55,910 nucleotides of DNA from a virus (taxonomy: Duplodnaviria > Caudoviricetes): positions 1 through 55,910 of the IMG/VR virus record IMGVR_UViG_3300044954_000249; one strand, written 5' to 3'. Under the pieces are notes generated by a model. That model was not told where the DNA came from and did not search any database. It worked only from the letters and a program-made list of their open reading frames with translations. The position numbers and the translations under genes were made by a program. Positions 28,289-36,928 of this stretch are shown piece after piece. Within the stretch, counting starts at the first letter, position 1. Every line of letters starts with the position of its first letter.

Positions 28289-28927
28289 ATGGACGAGCAT
28301 TTATTAAGATTCAATAAAGATAAAACCCTTGTCTTTTTTGATGCAGAAACGTTGAATTTGTGCTTAAATTCTTGCCATAATTTGCCTTGGCAGATTGGTA
28401 TGATTAAAGTGGCTGGAGATAAAAAAATAGATGAAAAGAATTTTTTTATTAAATGGAATACGGACTTAAAGATAAGTGAGGACGCCGCTAGAATTACCAA
28501 ATACGACCAAAAGAAGATAGACAGAGTTGGGGTGTCTCCCGAAGAAATATTCCCCACTGTTGAAGAGTGGTTAGATAAAGCTGATTATATCGTTGGCCAC
28601 AACGTCATAGCCTTTGACATTTATTTAATTCGTGATTTCTATAAATACATGAAAAAATCGGCTAAACATCTTTATAAAAAATTTATAGACACAAATGCAA
28701 TTGCCAAAGGGGTGAAGCTTGGTTTCCCTTTCAAAAATGGAGATGATTTACAAGAGTATCAATACAGAGCATATCACAGAAAGCAAAAGGGAATTAGAAC
28801 TAACCTTACGGCGTTAGGTAAGGAAATGTCCATCGATCATGATTATGATAATCTACATGATGCACTCGTTGATTTAGAGCTCAACTTAAAGGTTTGGAAT
28901 AAATTAAAATATCAAATCGAAATATAA
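28289..28927 (+). CDS. dnaQ: DEDDh 3'-5' exonuclease (epsilon-like)
   Basis: FFDAET, VGHNVIAFD, IDT, LHDALVD. Confidence 0.9.
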   Translation: MDEHLLRFNKDKTLVFFDAETLNLCLNSCHNLPWQIGMIKVAGDKKIDEKNFFIKWNTDLKISEDAARITKYDQKKIDRVGVSPEEIFPTVEEWLDKADYIVGHNVIAFDIYLIRDFYKYMKKSAKHLYKKFIDTNAIAKGVKLGFPFKNGDDLQEYQYRAYHRKQKGIRTNLTALGKEMSIDHDYDNLHDALVDLELNLKVWNKLKYQIEI

Positions 28928-28930
28928 TTT

Positions 28931-29167
28931 ATGGCTTCTCTTGACTTTGTAATAGATCTGCTGGAAAAAATAGAGTCTCAAAAAATGGGATATTATCTTC
29001 TAATCTCTCAAAGAGAAAAAAAGGGATATAAGTTTGATGCCTTTTATTCCCTTGATAGTGATTATGAAGTGGAAAATTTTGTGAAGGTGAACGACAAGGT
29101 GGTTAAAGATTTAAAAAAGAAGTACGGAATACGGGACACCAAGAAAAAAGGAAACAGAAAGAAATGA
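28931..29167 (+). CDS. Hypothetical protein
   Basis: 78-aa ORF coupled to dnaE by an ATGA overlap. Confidence 0.65.
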   Translation: MASLDFVIDLLEKIESQKMGYYLLISQREKKGYKFDAFYSLDSDYEVENFVKVNDKVVKDLKKKYGIRDTKKKGNRKK

Positions 29168-30942
29168 ACTTTGTAGAAAAATTTTCCGATTATAAATTAG
29201 AAATCCACGGAGTTAGACTCCCCTCATTCGAGATCGAGAAGAAATATAAGCGAGCGATTGGTGTCAGTGAGGACGTTGACAACTACGAATTTCTTCGCGC
29301 CCTTTGCCTTAATGGGTTTAAGTCTCTAAATCTTGCTAAAGATACTCCTGAGTATAAAAAGTATGCCGAAAGAGTTAAATACGAATTAGAAATCATTAAA
29401 GAATTAGGCTTTATTGATTACATTCTCTTAGTATGGGATGTCATCAATTTTTGTAAAGAAAATGATATTCCAACTGGGTTTGGCAGAGGTAGTGCGGCGG
29501 GGAGCCTTATCCTTTTTCTTGTGGGCGTAACGAAAATCGATCCTATAAAATATGATTTGTATTTTGAAAGATTCATCTCTAAAAGTCGCGCCAAAAAACA
29601 AGTTGTAGATGGAGTAACTTACCTTGATGGATCGTTAATGTGCGATGTCGATTTAGATATATGCTATTATAGTCGCTACAAAGTTATTGAGTATCTCGAG
29701 CAGAAGTTTAAAGGAAGAACTGCCAAAGTCTTGACCCTCAATACATTAAGCGGTAAACTCTTAATGAAAGAGTGTGGCAAGATAATATCAAATAAACCAG
29801 AGTCAGAGATGAATGAAGTGTCAGCCCTAATCCCTAAAACATTCGGGCAAGTAAAAGACATTAAAGACGCCTACAAAGACGAAGGGAAGTTCAAAAGCTG
29901 GTGCGATAATAATAAAGAAATTTATAATATAGCACTCGGTCTCCGTGGTTTGATTAAGAATAAGGGCGTACACCCTTCTGCCGTGTTATTATCTTATGAT
30001 TTAATGGAAGATTCTTGTCCAACCGAATTAACATCAAGTAAGGACAGCGAAGTCTCTTCTTATGATATGAATTGGACAAGTGTATTCAATGTGAAATTGG
30101 ACTTACTTGGTCTTAGAAGCGTTTCAGTTGTTGATGACACATGTAAAAATATTGGCATAAAAATGTCGGATATCGATTTTAACGAACCATCGATATACCA
30201 AAACCTACAGGAACTCAAAAGTCCCCACGGTCTTTTCCAAATTGAAGCGGATACCAACTTTAAAGTATGCAATAAAGTAAAACCTAAGAATCTCGACGAA
30301 TTAAGCGCGGTTTTGGCGCTAGCGCGTCCCGGCGCGTTAGATTATGTTGATCAATACGCTCTATTCTCTAATACAAATACAATTCAGTCAATCCATCCAT
30401 TCTTTGACGATATTCTAAATAAGACTGGGGGAGTCGCTCTTTATCAGGAGCAAATGATGAAAATGGCCAATAAAATAGGGTTTACTCTTGATGAGGCGGA
30501 GATATTAAGAAGAATTGTAGGTAAGAAAAAGATTGAAGAAGTCAAGGCATGGAAAGAGAAAATCTCTCTCAAAATTAAAGAGAATAAATTACAACCAGAA
30601 ATAGGTGATATTCTTTGGAAAGTACTGGAGGATTCTGCAAATTACAGTTTCAACAGGTGTCTCTCGGAAGATACCGTTGTAGAAACGGATCATGGGAATA
30701 AAATGCTTTCTGAGGTGAAGAAGGGGGATAAAGTGTTAGCCTATTCTGTAAAAGACGAAAAAGATCATTACGTAGAAGTCCTTGATATTCATAAAAACCT
30801 TAAGGAACTATTCGAAGTAGAACTAGAAGACGGCAGGAAAATCAAATGCTCTATGGAGCATAAATTTTTATGTGAGGATAAGAAAATGAGGCCCCTCAAA
30901 GATATCATTTCTCAAAACCATAGCATTGTATGCAATTATTAA
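29164..30942 (+). CDS. dnaE: DNA polymerase III alpha core (no PHP) fused to split intein N-fragment
   Basis: GRGSAAGS, FERF, DVDLD, HPSAV, KLDLLGL, LFQIE, YQEQ; extein ends YSFNR, followed by CLSEDT. Confidence 0.95.
   Translation: MNFVEKFSDYKLEIHGVRLPSFEIEKKYKRAIGVSEDVDNYEFLRALCLNGFKSLNLAKDTPEYKKYAERVKYELEIIKELGFIDYILLVWDVINFCKENDIPTGFGRGSAAGSLILFLVGVTKIDPIKYDLYFERFISKSRAKKQVVDGVTYLDGSLMCDVDLDICYYSRYKVIEYLEQKFKGRTAKVLTLNTLSGKLLMKECGKIISNKPESEMNEVSALIPKTFGQVKDIKDAYKDEGKFKSWCDNNKEIYNIALGLRGLIKNKGVHPSAVLLSYDLMEDSCPTELTSSKDSEVSSYDMNWTSVFNVKLDLLGLRSVSVVDDTCKNIGIKMSDIDFNEPSIYQNLQELKSPHGLFQIEADTNFKVCNKVKPKNLDELSAVLALARPGALDYVDQYALFSNTNTIQSIHPFFDDILNKTGGVALYQEQMMKMANKIGFTLDEAEILRRIVGKKKIEEVKAWKEKISLKIKENKLQPEIGDILWKVLEDSANYSFNRCLSEDTVVETDHGNKMLSEVKKGDKVLAYSVKDEKDHYVEVLDIHKNLKELFEVELEDGRKIKCSMEHKFLCEDKKMRPLKDIISQNHSIVCNY
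30658..30939 (+). mobile_element. Split intein N-fragment in DnaE (94 aa)
   Basis: Block A CLSEDT, VKKGDKVL, block B LEDGRKIKCSMEHKFL, then stop. Confidence 0.92.
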
Positions 30943-30969
30943 TGATGGAATATTTAAATAAGATTTAAA

Positions 30970-31083
30970 ATGCAAACTCTTAAAATTAAATCTATTACTC
31001 CAATAGGCATTAAGCCGACTTTGGATTTGGAGGTTAACCATCCAGATCATAATTTTTACGCTGAAGGAATCGTCACTTCTAAT
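30970..31083 (+). mobile_element. Split intein C-fragment in DnaE (38 aa)
   Basis: Blocks F and G ending Ser-Asn; the +1 Ser is at 31084-31086. Confidence 0.92.
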
Positions 31084-32166
31084 TCCCATAGCGTTGCTTA
31101 TTCAGCTTTGGCGGCCGCTACAATTTATCTTAAATTTAAACATCCTCAAAATTTCTTTTTATCTTTATTGAAAATGACGAGGCATGAGCCTGATCCGACC
31201 TCCGAAATATCTAAAATCCATAAAGAGATGGATTTGTTCTCTATTAAGTTGCTGCCTCCCCATTTGACTAAATCGAAAATAGATTTCTCCGCAGAGAATG
31301 AGAATATAAGATTTGGTCTCTTATCAATTAAGGGAATTTCAGAAAAGTCTATAGAAAAGATTAACAACTTCAGGAATGACTTCTCTAACAAATTTGAAAT
31401 ATTTAAAGCGGCAGAAGAAGCTGGTTTAAATATTGGCATTCTCTGTGCTCTAATTCAAGCTGGTACGCTAGAAGGATTTAAGCAGACTAGAAGCAGGGTT
31501 GTGCTAGAGGCTCAATTATGGCATGTCCTTTCTGAAAGAGAAAGAAAGCACGCAATGATGTTCGCCGAGCAAAAGGATTTCGATTTAGTTGAGATAATTA
31601 AATTCTTAAGGACCTTCAAGGACGAGAAGGGCAAGCCTATAATTAGAGACTCTCGTTATGAAACTATAAAGAAAAATTATCAGCCGTATCTTGAAATTTA
31701 CAATAAGAATAAAAGCTCAGAGAATTTCGCAAACTGGTATTACGAAAAAATGTTACTCGGATATACTTATAATAAAACATTAAAAGATATCTTTTCTGAG
31801 AAACGACCAGACTTATTATCTGTAAGAGAGATAAATCAACGCGCAAAAGGTGAAGAGGTAGTGTTCGTCGGGAGAGTCGAAGATTGCTATGAGGGCACGT
31901 CCAAAGAAAAGAAAACTAAATATTATAAGACTATCGCTTCTGATGAGACCGGCTCTATCAAGGTGATGATCTTCGGAGACAGAAAAGAAGAATGCAGCAA
32001 AATGAATAATGGCCTCCCAGAAGAAGGGAATATTGTGATAGTTAGAGGACGCAAGATGGATGAGGTAGTTTTTGCCGATATTATTGGAATTCAAGACAAT
32101 AAAGTCTATACAAAGTTGTCTGAAATTAAAAGAACCATAGAAAAAGAGAAAAATTTACAAAAATAA
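30970..32166 (+). CDS. dnaE: Split intein C-fragment fused to DNA polymerase III alpha C-terminal part
   Basis: TLDLEVNHPDHNFYAEGIVTSN|SHSVAY, YLKFKHP, IRFGLLSIKGI (HhH), OB fold. Confidence 0.95.
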   Translation: MQTLKIKSITPIGIKPTLDLEVNHPDHNFYAEGIVTSNSHSVAYSALAAATIYLKFKHPQNFFLSLLKMTRHEPDPTSEISKIHKEMDLFSIKLLPPHLTKSKIDFSAENENIRFGLLSIKGISEKSIEKINNFRNDFSNKFEIFKAAEEAGLNIGILCALIQAGTLEGFKQTRSRVVLEAQLWHVLSERERKHAMMFAEQKDFDLVEIIKFLRTFKDEKGKPIIRDSRYETIKKNYQPYLEIYNKNKSSENFANWYYEKMLLGYTYNKTLKDIFSEKRPDLLSVREINQRAKGEEVVFVGRVEDCYEGTSKEKKTKYYKTIASDETGSIKVMIFGDRKEECSKMNNGLPEEGNIVIVRGRKMDEVVFADIIGIQDNKVYTKLSEIKRTIEKEKNLQK

Positions 32167-32167
32167 A

Positions 32168-32195
32168 TTGACTTTTCCCCCAAAAAGAGCATCAT
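32168..32195 (+). promoter_or_regulatory. Sigma70-type promoter, leaderless (weak match)
   Basis: TTGACT-16nt-CATCAT, then 6 nt to ATG 32202. Confidence 0.5.
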
Positions 32196-32201
32196 TTAAA
32201 C

Positions 32202-32765
32202 ATGATACAATTTTATAAACCCAATCCCAAAGTCACAGGAAGCGCTTGTTCGTTCTGGAAGAACAGAGACGGGTCGATAATGACCTCTTTTATTAAGCAG
32301 GACTCTTGGAATGACGCTAAGAAGACTGGCAGTTTTTCTAAAAACAAGGATAACCCAAGAGCTAGAGTTATCGTTAAGTTAAACAGAATTGAAGTCGCCG
32401 GTCTTATCGACTCAATTGAATCTAACCGCGATTTCTCAGTCTACCATACCAGCGAGAAGCAAACGCTTCAAATTAAGTTCTGCGCCTATCTAGACAAGTC
32501 GACTAATTCCCAAAAAGGCTTTTCTTTCTCTGTTAATAAGCAGGATAAGGAAGATTCTACTAATAAGCTCGGATTCATAATTGGATTCACCTTTCCAGAG
32601 GCTAGACTCTTAAAAAATGATTTAACCCTCATGCTCAATGAAACGTATAATCTAAGAGCTGAGAAACCAGAGGAGAAGGAGCCAGAAACTACCCAGCAAG
32701 AGATAGCTAAGGCTAAAGCTCCTCCCCAGCCAGCCGCCAAAAACGAAGAAGACGATGTCTGGTAA
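32202..32765 (+). CDS. Hypothetical protein, candidate ssDNA-binding protein
   Basis: Aromatic beta-rich core, Pro/Ala linker, acidic-aromatic tail EEDDVW; follows dnaE. Confidence 0.5.
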   Translation: MIQFYKPNPKVTGSACSFWKNRDGSIMTSFIKQDSWNDAKKTGSFSKNKDNPRARVIVKLNRIEVAGLIDSIESNRDFSVYHTSEKQTLQIKFCAYLDKSTNSQKGFSFSVNKQDKEDSTNKLGFIIGFTFPEARLLKNDLTLMLNETYNLRAEKPEEKEPETTQQEIAKAKAPPQPAAKNEEDDVW

Positions 32766-34685
32766 GTGATGAAAAAAAAGAAAATCCTTTTCCAAAGCGA
32801 TTTTGCATTGGCAAAAACTGGGTTTGGTCGTCACGCAAGAACCCTGCTTTCATATTTATACAGGACTGGTAAATATGACTTAGTGCAGTATTCCTGCGGG
32901 ATGAACTATTCAAACTCGCTTTTTTCCAAAACCCCTTGGAAAACAATAGGCTCTTTGCCCGATAACCAGCAAGAGCTACAGGAATTAAATAAAGATCCTC
33001 ATAACGCAAGATTAGCGTCTTACGGGGCCTATTATATAGATAAGGTCATTAAGGAGGAAAAGCCAGACATCTATATTGCAGTCCAAGATATATGGGGCAT
33101 AGATTTTGCCATAAATAAGCCTTGGTTTAATAAAATAAATTCTATTCTTTGGACTACGCTAGATTCCTTACCTATATTGCCTTCGGCAGTAGATGCAGCT
33201 AAAAAATGCCCCCATTTTTGGATTTGGAGTAGCTTTGCAACAAAAGCAATGCACGAAATGGGTATTACTAACGTGAAAACAGTTCACGGCGCAGTAGATG
33301 ACTCCAGCTTCTTTAAATTGCCCCAAGATCATCGCAATAAATTAAGATTAAATTTTGGGATTTTACCAGAAGACTTTGTCATTGGATTTGTTTTTAGAAA
33401 TCAACTTAGAAAAAGTGTTCCAAATCTTTTAGAGGGGTATAAAATTTGGAAGCAAAAAGGTGGAAACGGCAAAAAGTCAAAATTATTACTCCATACTCAC
33501 TTTGGGGAGGGTTGGAATATCCATAAATTAGCTGATGAATATAGCATTGATAAAAACGATATTCTAACTACGTATCTTTGTAAAAATTGCAGGAACTACG
33601 AGGTTAAGCCTTTTGCTGGATCAGATTTAACTTGTAAATTTTGCAACTCAGAGAAAGCTCAGGGAACGACCAACGTATCCTTCGGAGTGACGGAAGACCA
33701 ACTCAATGAAGTTTATAATTTAATGGATGTATATGTCCACCCATTTACAAGTGGCGGACAAGAAATACCTATCCAAGAAGCTAAGTTTGTTGAGTTAATA
33801 ACTTTAGTAACTAATTATAGTTGTGGGGAAGAAATGTGCAAAGAGGGTGCAGCTTCTCTACCATTAGCTTGGACCGAATATAGAGAACACCAAACCGAGT
33901 TCAGAAAAGCCTCTACATCTCCAGAATCTATTGCCGAACAGTTAGATAAAGTATATAAAATGCCCGCGTCGGAGAGAGAGGAGATGGGGCGTATGGCAAG
34001 AAAATGGGTTATAGAAAATTACTCTATAAACAATGTGGGTAGATCTATCGAATCCATGCTCGACGCTCTTCCTGATATCGATTATTCTTTTAATATCTCT
34101 GCTCAAGAAAAAGATCCGTATTGTCAAATAGAAAATACAAAAGACGATAAGGAATGGGTTCTTTCTCTATACAAGAATATCCTGAAAATGGATATGCAAG
34201 AAAATGATGATGGGCTTAAATACTGGTTGGGAGAAATATCTAAGGGCGCTAAGAGGGAAGATATAGAGAGGTATTTCCGTAATGAAGCCCTTAAAGAAAA
34301 TCAAAAAAACAAAAAAATTGATTTCTCCGAACTCCTCGATAAAGATGATCAAAAGAGATTGCTAGTTATATTGCCCGAAAGTATTGGGGATATTTTCTTG
34401 GCGACCTCTTTATTCGAGTCGATAAGAGATAGATATCCAAGGCCAGAGTGGAAATTCTATTTCAGTTGTAAGCAAGAATACTTTGAGATACTTGAAGGGA
34501 ATCCTCACATAGATAAGCTTTTAAATTATGTTCCCCAAATGGATAATCTGGTTTGGCTCGAGGGTATTGGTGATAATAAAGGATATTTTGACGTAGTATA
34601 CCCCATACATTTTCCCACGCAAAGACTCTTATCTTACCTTCATAATGGAATTGATAAAATAGATTTAGAATTAAAATGCACCTAA
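32766..34685 (+). CDS. Multidomain glycosyltransferase: GT4 with CxxC-CxxC insert, DUF4214-like segment, GT9 N-terminal half
   Basis: TGFGR, RNQLRK, SGGQEIPIQEA; CKNC...CKFC; LYKNILK...DDGLKYW; ESIGDIFLATS...GNPHID. Confidence 0.8.
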   Translation: MMKKKKILFQSDFALAKTGFGRHARTLLSYLYRTGKYDLVQYSCGMNYSNSLFSKTPWKTIGSLPDNQQELQELNKDPHNARLASYGAYYIDKVIKEEKPDIYIAVQDIWGIDFAINKPWFNKINSILWTTLDSLPILPSAVDAAKKCPHFWIWSSFATKAMHEMGITNVKTVHGAVDDSSFFKLPQDHRNKLRLNFGILPEDFVIGFVFRNQLRKSVPNLLEGYKIWKQKGGNGKKSKLLLHTHFGEGWNIHKLADEYSIDKNDILTTYLCKNCRNYEVKPFAGSDLTCKFCNSEKAQGTTNVSFGVTEDQLNEVYNLMDVYVHPFTSGGQEIPIQEAKFVELITLVTNYSCGEEMCKEGAASLPLAWTEYREHQTEFRKASTSPESIAEQLDKVYKMPASEREEMGRMARKWVIENYSINNVGRSIESMLDALPDIDYSFNISAQEKDPYCQIENTKDDKEWVLSLYKNILKMDMQENDDGLKYWLGEISKGAKREDIERYFRNEALKENQKNKKIDFSELLDKDDQKRLLVILPESIGDIFLATSLFESIRDRYPRPEWKFYFSCKQEYFEILEGNPHIDKLLNYVPQMDNLVWLEGIGDNKGYFDVVYPIHFPTQRLLSYLHNGIDKIDLELKCT

Positions 34686-35857
34686 TAGAAACATATGCCC
34701 TTTCTTCCGGTTCTAAGATAGGAAAACCTTATATCTACGAGAAGTTTTTTCCTCTTTCTGTCGATAAATATATAACGATTCATCCAGTCAGCAAATATGA
34801 TTCGAAAAGCTATAGCTATTGGCAAGAGGTCATTGGCCTTTTGAAACCCTCTCTCTCTAAGAGGAATATTAATATTATTCAAATAGGCACCAAAGAAGAC
34901 AGAAAACTTAAAGGCTGCATTAATTTAAATGGACTTACTAATATAAATCAAATAGCATATATTTTAAGCAAAGCGGAGCTCCATTTAGGAGTAGATAGTT
35001 TCCCTACCCATGTAGCTTCGAGCTATAATAAAAAAATTGTCTGTCTATATTCTAATAATTACATAAACGTAGTCAGACCGTATTGGGGGAACTCCTCAAA
35101 CCATGTGTTGTTACAAGAATTAGCCGGTAAAAAGCCGTCTTTTTCAGCGAGCGAATCCCCTAAATCAATTGATAATATAAAACCCGAAGATATTGCGGGC
35201 AGCGTATTCTCTCTTTTGGGAATTGAGGACGGAGCCAAATACAAAACCGCCATAAGAGGAACGAGTTATTTTCACCGCAGGGTTGAATCTGTTCCTGATG
35301 GGGTAATTAATAATCTCGCTGATATTGGTCTTGATACAATCATCATGAGAATGGATTTACTTTTTAATGAAGAAATTCTAGCCCAGCAGTTGTCCGTTTC
35401 TAATTGCTGTATTATTACAAAATTACCAATTAATATTGACCTATTGAAACATTTCGCCCCGAAAATAAAGCAGTTCATTTATATTCTAGATGAAAATCAT
35501 AATCCGGCCTTTGTTCAAGAGCTTCAAAATCTAGGGATCTCATATCATCTTCAATCCGAAATGACAGAAGACGAGCTCAATTCTATCAAACTTTATTATC
35601 TGGATTCAGGAATAATTGAAAGAAAGTTAAAAATAGACCCAAAATTAGTAAATTCTATTAAGAGTGAGGGATTGGATAAATTATTCTACAGATCAAATAA
35701 ATTTTTAATATCTAAGGGAAGCATCTATCAAAGCATTTCTGCCTATGAAAAAGGCATTCCGTGTCATAATTTTGATCCAGAATTCTCTCCAGTCATAGAC
35801 AGCGACTCCTTTTGGAATGAGTTGGATTTCTTTTTCATAATGAAAAAGCTTGACTAA
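34676..35857 (+). CDS. GT9 C-terminal half plus unknown domain
   Basis: KSYSYWQEV, IIQIG, GLTNINQ, HLGVDSFPTHVA. Confidence 0.75.
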   Translation: MHLIETYALSSGSKIGKPYIYEKFFPLSVDKYITIHPVSKYDSKSYSYWQEVIGLLKPSLSKRNINIIQIGTKEDRKLKGCINLNGLTNINQIAYILSKAELHLGVDSFPTHVASSYNKKIVCLYSNNYINVVRPYWGNSSNHVLLQELAGKKPSFSASESPKSIDNIKPEDIAGSVFSLLGIEDGAKYKTAIRGTSYFHRRVESVPDGVINNLADIGLDTIIMRMDLLFNEEILAQQLSVSNCCIITKLPINIDLLKHFAPKIKQFIYILDENHNPAFVQELQNLGISYHLQSEMTEDELNSIKLYYLDSGIIERKLKIDPKLVNSIKSEGLDKLFYRSNKFLISKGSIYQSISAYEKGIPCHNFDPEFSPVIDSDSFWNELDFFFIMKKLD

Positions 35858-35878
35858 AAAAGGTAATTGTAGTAAAGT
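35850..35878 (+). promoter_or_regulatory. Sigma70-type promoter, leaderless
   Basis: TTGACT-17nt-TAAAGT, then 5 nt to ATG 35884. Confidence 0.7.
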
Positions 35879-35883
35879 TAGGT

Positions 35884-36591
35884 ATGTCGAATATTAAGCC
35901 GCCAAAGATTGTCTCCAGAAATGAATATGGTCTAATTGATGAACTAGATTATGTCTTCAATGAAGACGGATTCATTGACTGGCGCAAAATGATAAAGCAG
36001 AAGTTCTTAGTCCCGAATAGAGATAAGACGGGCGAATCCGACGTTACCAAGTTAAAGGACTCCGACCTTCTAATCCTTATTAGCGGCATCAAGGAGCTCG
36101 CCCAAATTAGAGGCTTTACTGAGGTTAATTATAATTTAGTTAGTCCTTCCCCAGACTATGTCGCTGCTATTTGCCAAATAAAATGGATCCCAAATTATGA
36201 AACAGAAAATAAGGAAGTAGTATTTTCTGGTATAGGCGACGCAAATCTGTCAAATACAGATAACTTTGCTCGGAATTTCTTGGCTGCAATAGCTGAGAAT
36301 AGAGCCTTTGTCCGCTGCGTAAGAAACTTCTTAAAAATTAATATTGTTGGCAAGGAAGAAATGGGACCAAATGATAAAAACATTAGACAAGCCGCCGTTG
36401 CATCGGATAATTTTGCAGACCCAAGAAATTTCCTGCAAATTCTGATGAATGAAAAGAAGATCTCCTTTGAAGAACTGAAAAAGAAACTGACAAAGGAAGG
36501 GGTCGAGGGGGCAAATGAATTTGTCTCCATTGTTGATGTTCCTATCATTAAAGTCTTGGAGCTTATAGAGAGAATTAAAAAGATTAAATAA
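35884..36591 (+). CDS. Hypothetical protein, possible Rad52/Sak-like annealing protein
   Basis: FSGIGDA...AIAENRAFVRCVRNFLKI...EEM resembles the single-strand annealing protein core. Confidence 0.5.
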   Translation: MSNIKPPKIVSRNEYGLIDELDYVFNEDGFIDWRKMIKQKFLVPNRDKTGESDVTKLKDSDLLILISGIKELAQIRGFTEVNYNLVSPSPDYVAAICQIKWIPNYETENKEVVFSGIGDANLSNTDNFARNFLAAIAENRAFVRCVRNFLKINIVGKEEMGPNDKNIRQAAVASDNFADPRNFLQILMNEKKISFEELKKKLTKEGVEGANEFVSIVDVPIIKVLELIERIKKIK

Positions 36592-36592
36592 T

Positions 36593-36928
36593 ATGAATAT
36601 TCATAAAATTTTAGAATTAAACTATCAAAATCAACAATGGGCCGTTGGAGAAGATTATGATAGTTTGACGTGGGATGAGGGAAACTCTATTCTAAAGCCC
36701 TCCAGAGAGGAGTTGGAGACCATATGGAATTCATTAGAGTTTAAATCAAAAATGCAAAACGATGACGCAAATTTTCATCGTAAAATAGAGATCTTGAGTA
36801 AATGGCCTATTCATAAGCAGTTTGAGGCCATAACCGAATTTCACATGAATAGAACTGAAAAAATGAATGAGCTTATCTCATTCATAAATGAGACTAAGCA
36901 GAAGTATCCTAAGACGCAAACTCTGTAA
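36593..36928 (+). CDS. XkdW-like tail fibre assembly protein
   Basis: W...KPSREEL, WPIHKQFEA and TKQKYPK motifs. Confidence 0.6.
   Translation: MNIHKILELNYQNQQWAVGEDYDSLTWDEGNSILKPSREELETIWNSLEFKSKMQNDDANFHRKIEILSKWPIHKQFEAITEFHMNRTEKMNELISFINETKQKYPKTQTL

Noticed and set aside
30940-30969. Stop-codon readthrough or genetic code reassignment joining the dnaE halves
   Set aside because: Three in-frame stops of two types lie in the gap, and TAA, TAG and TGA all end intact genes elsewhere in the window.
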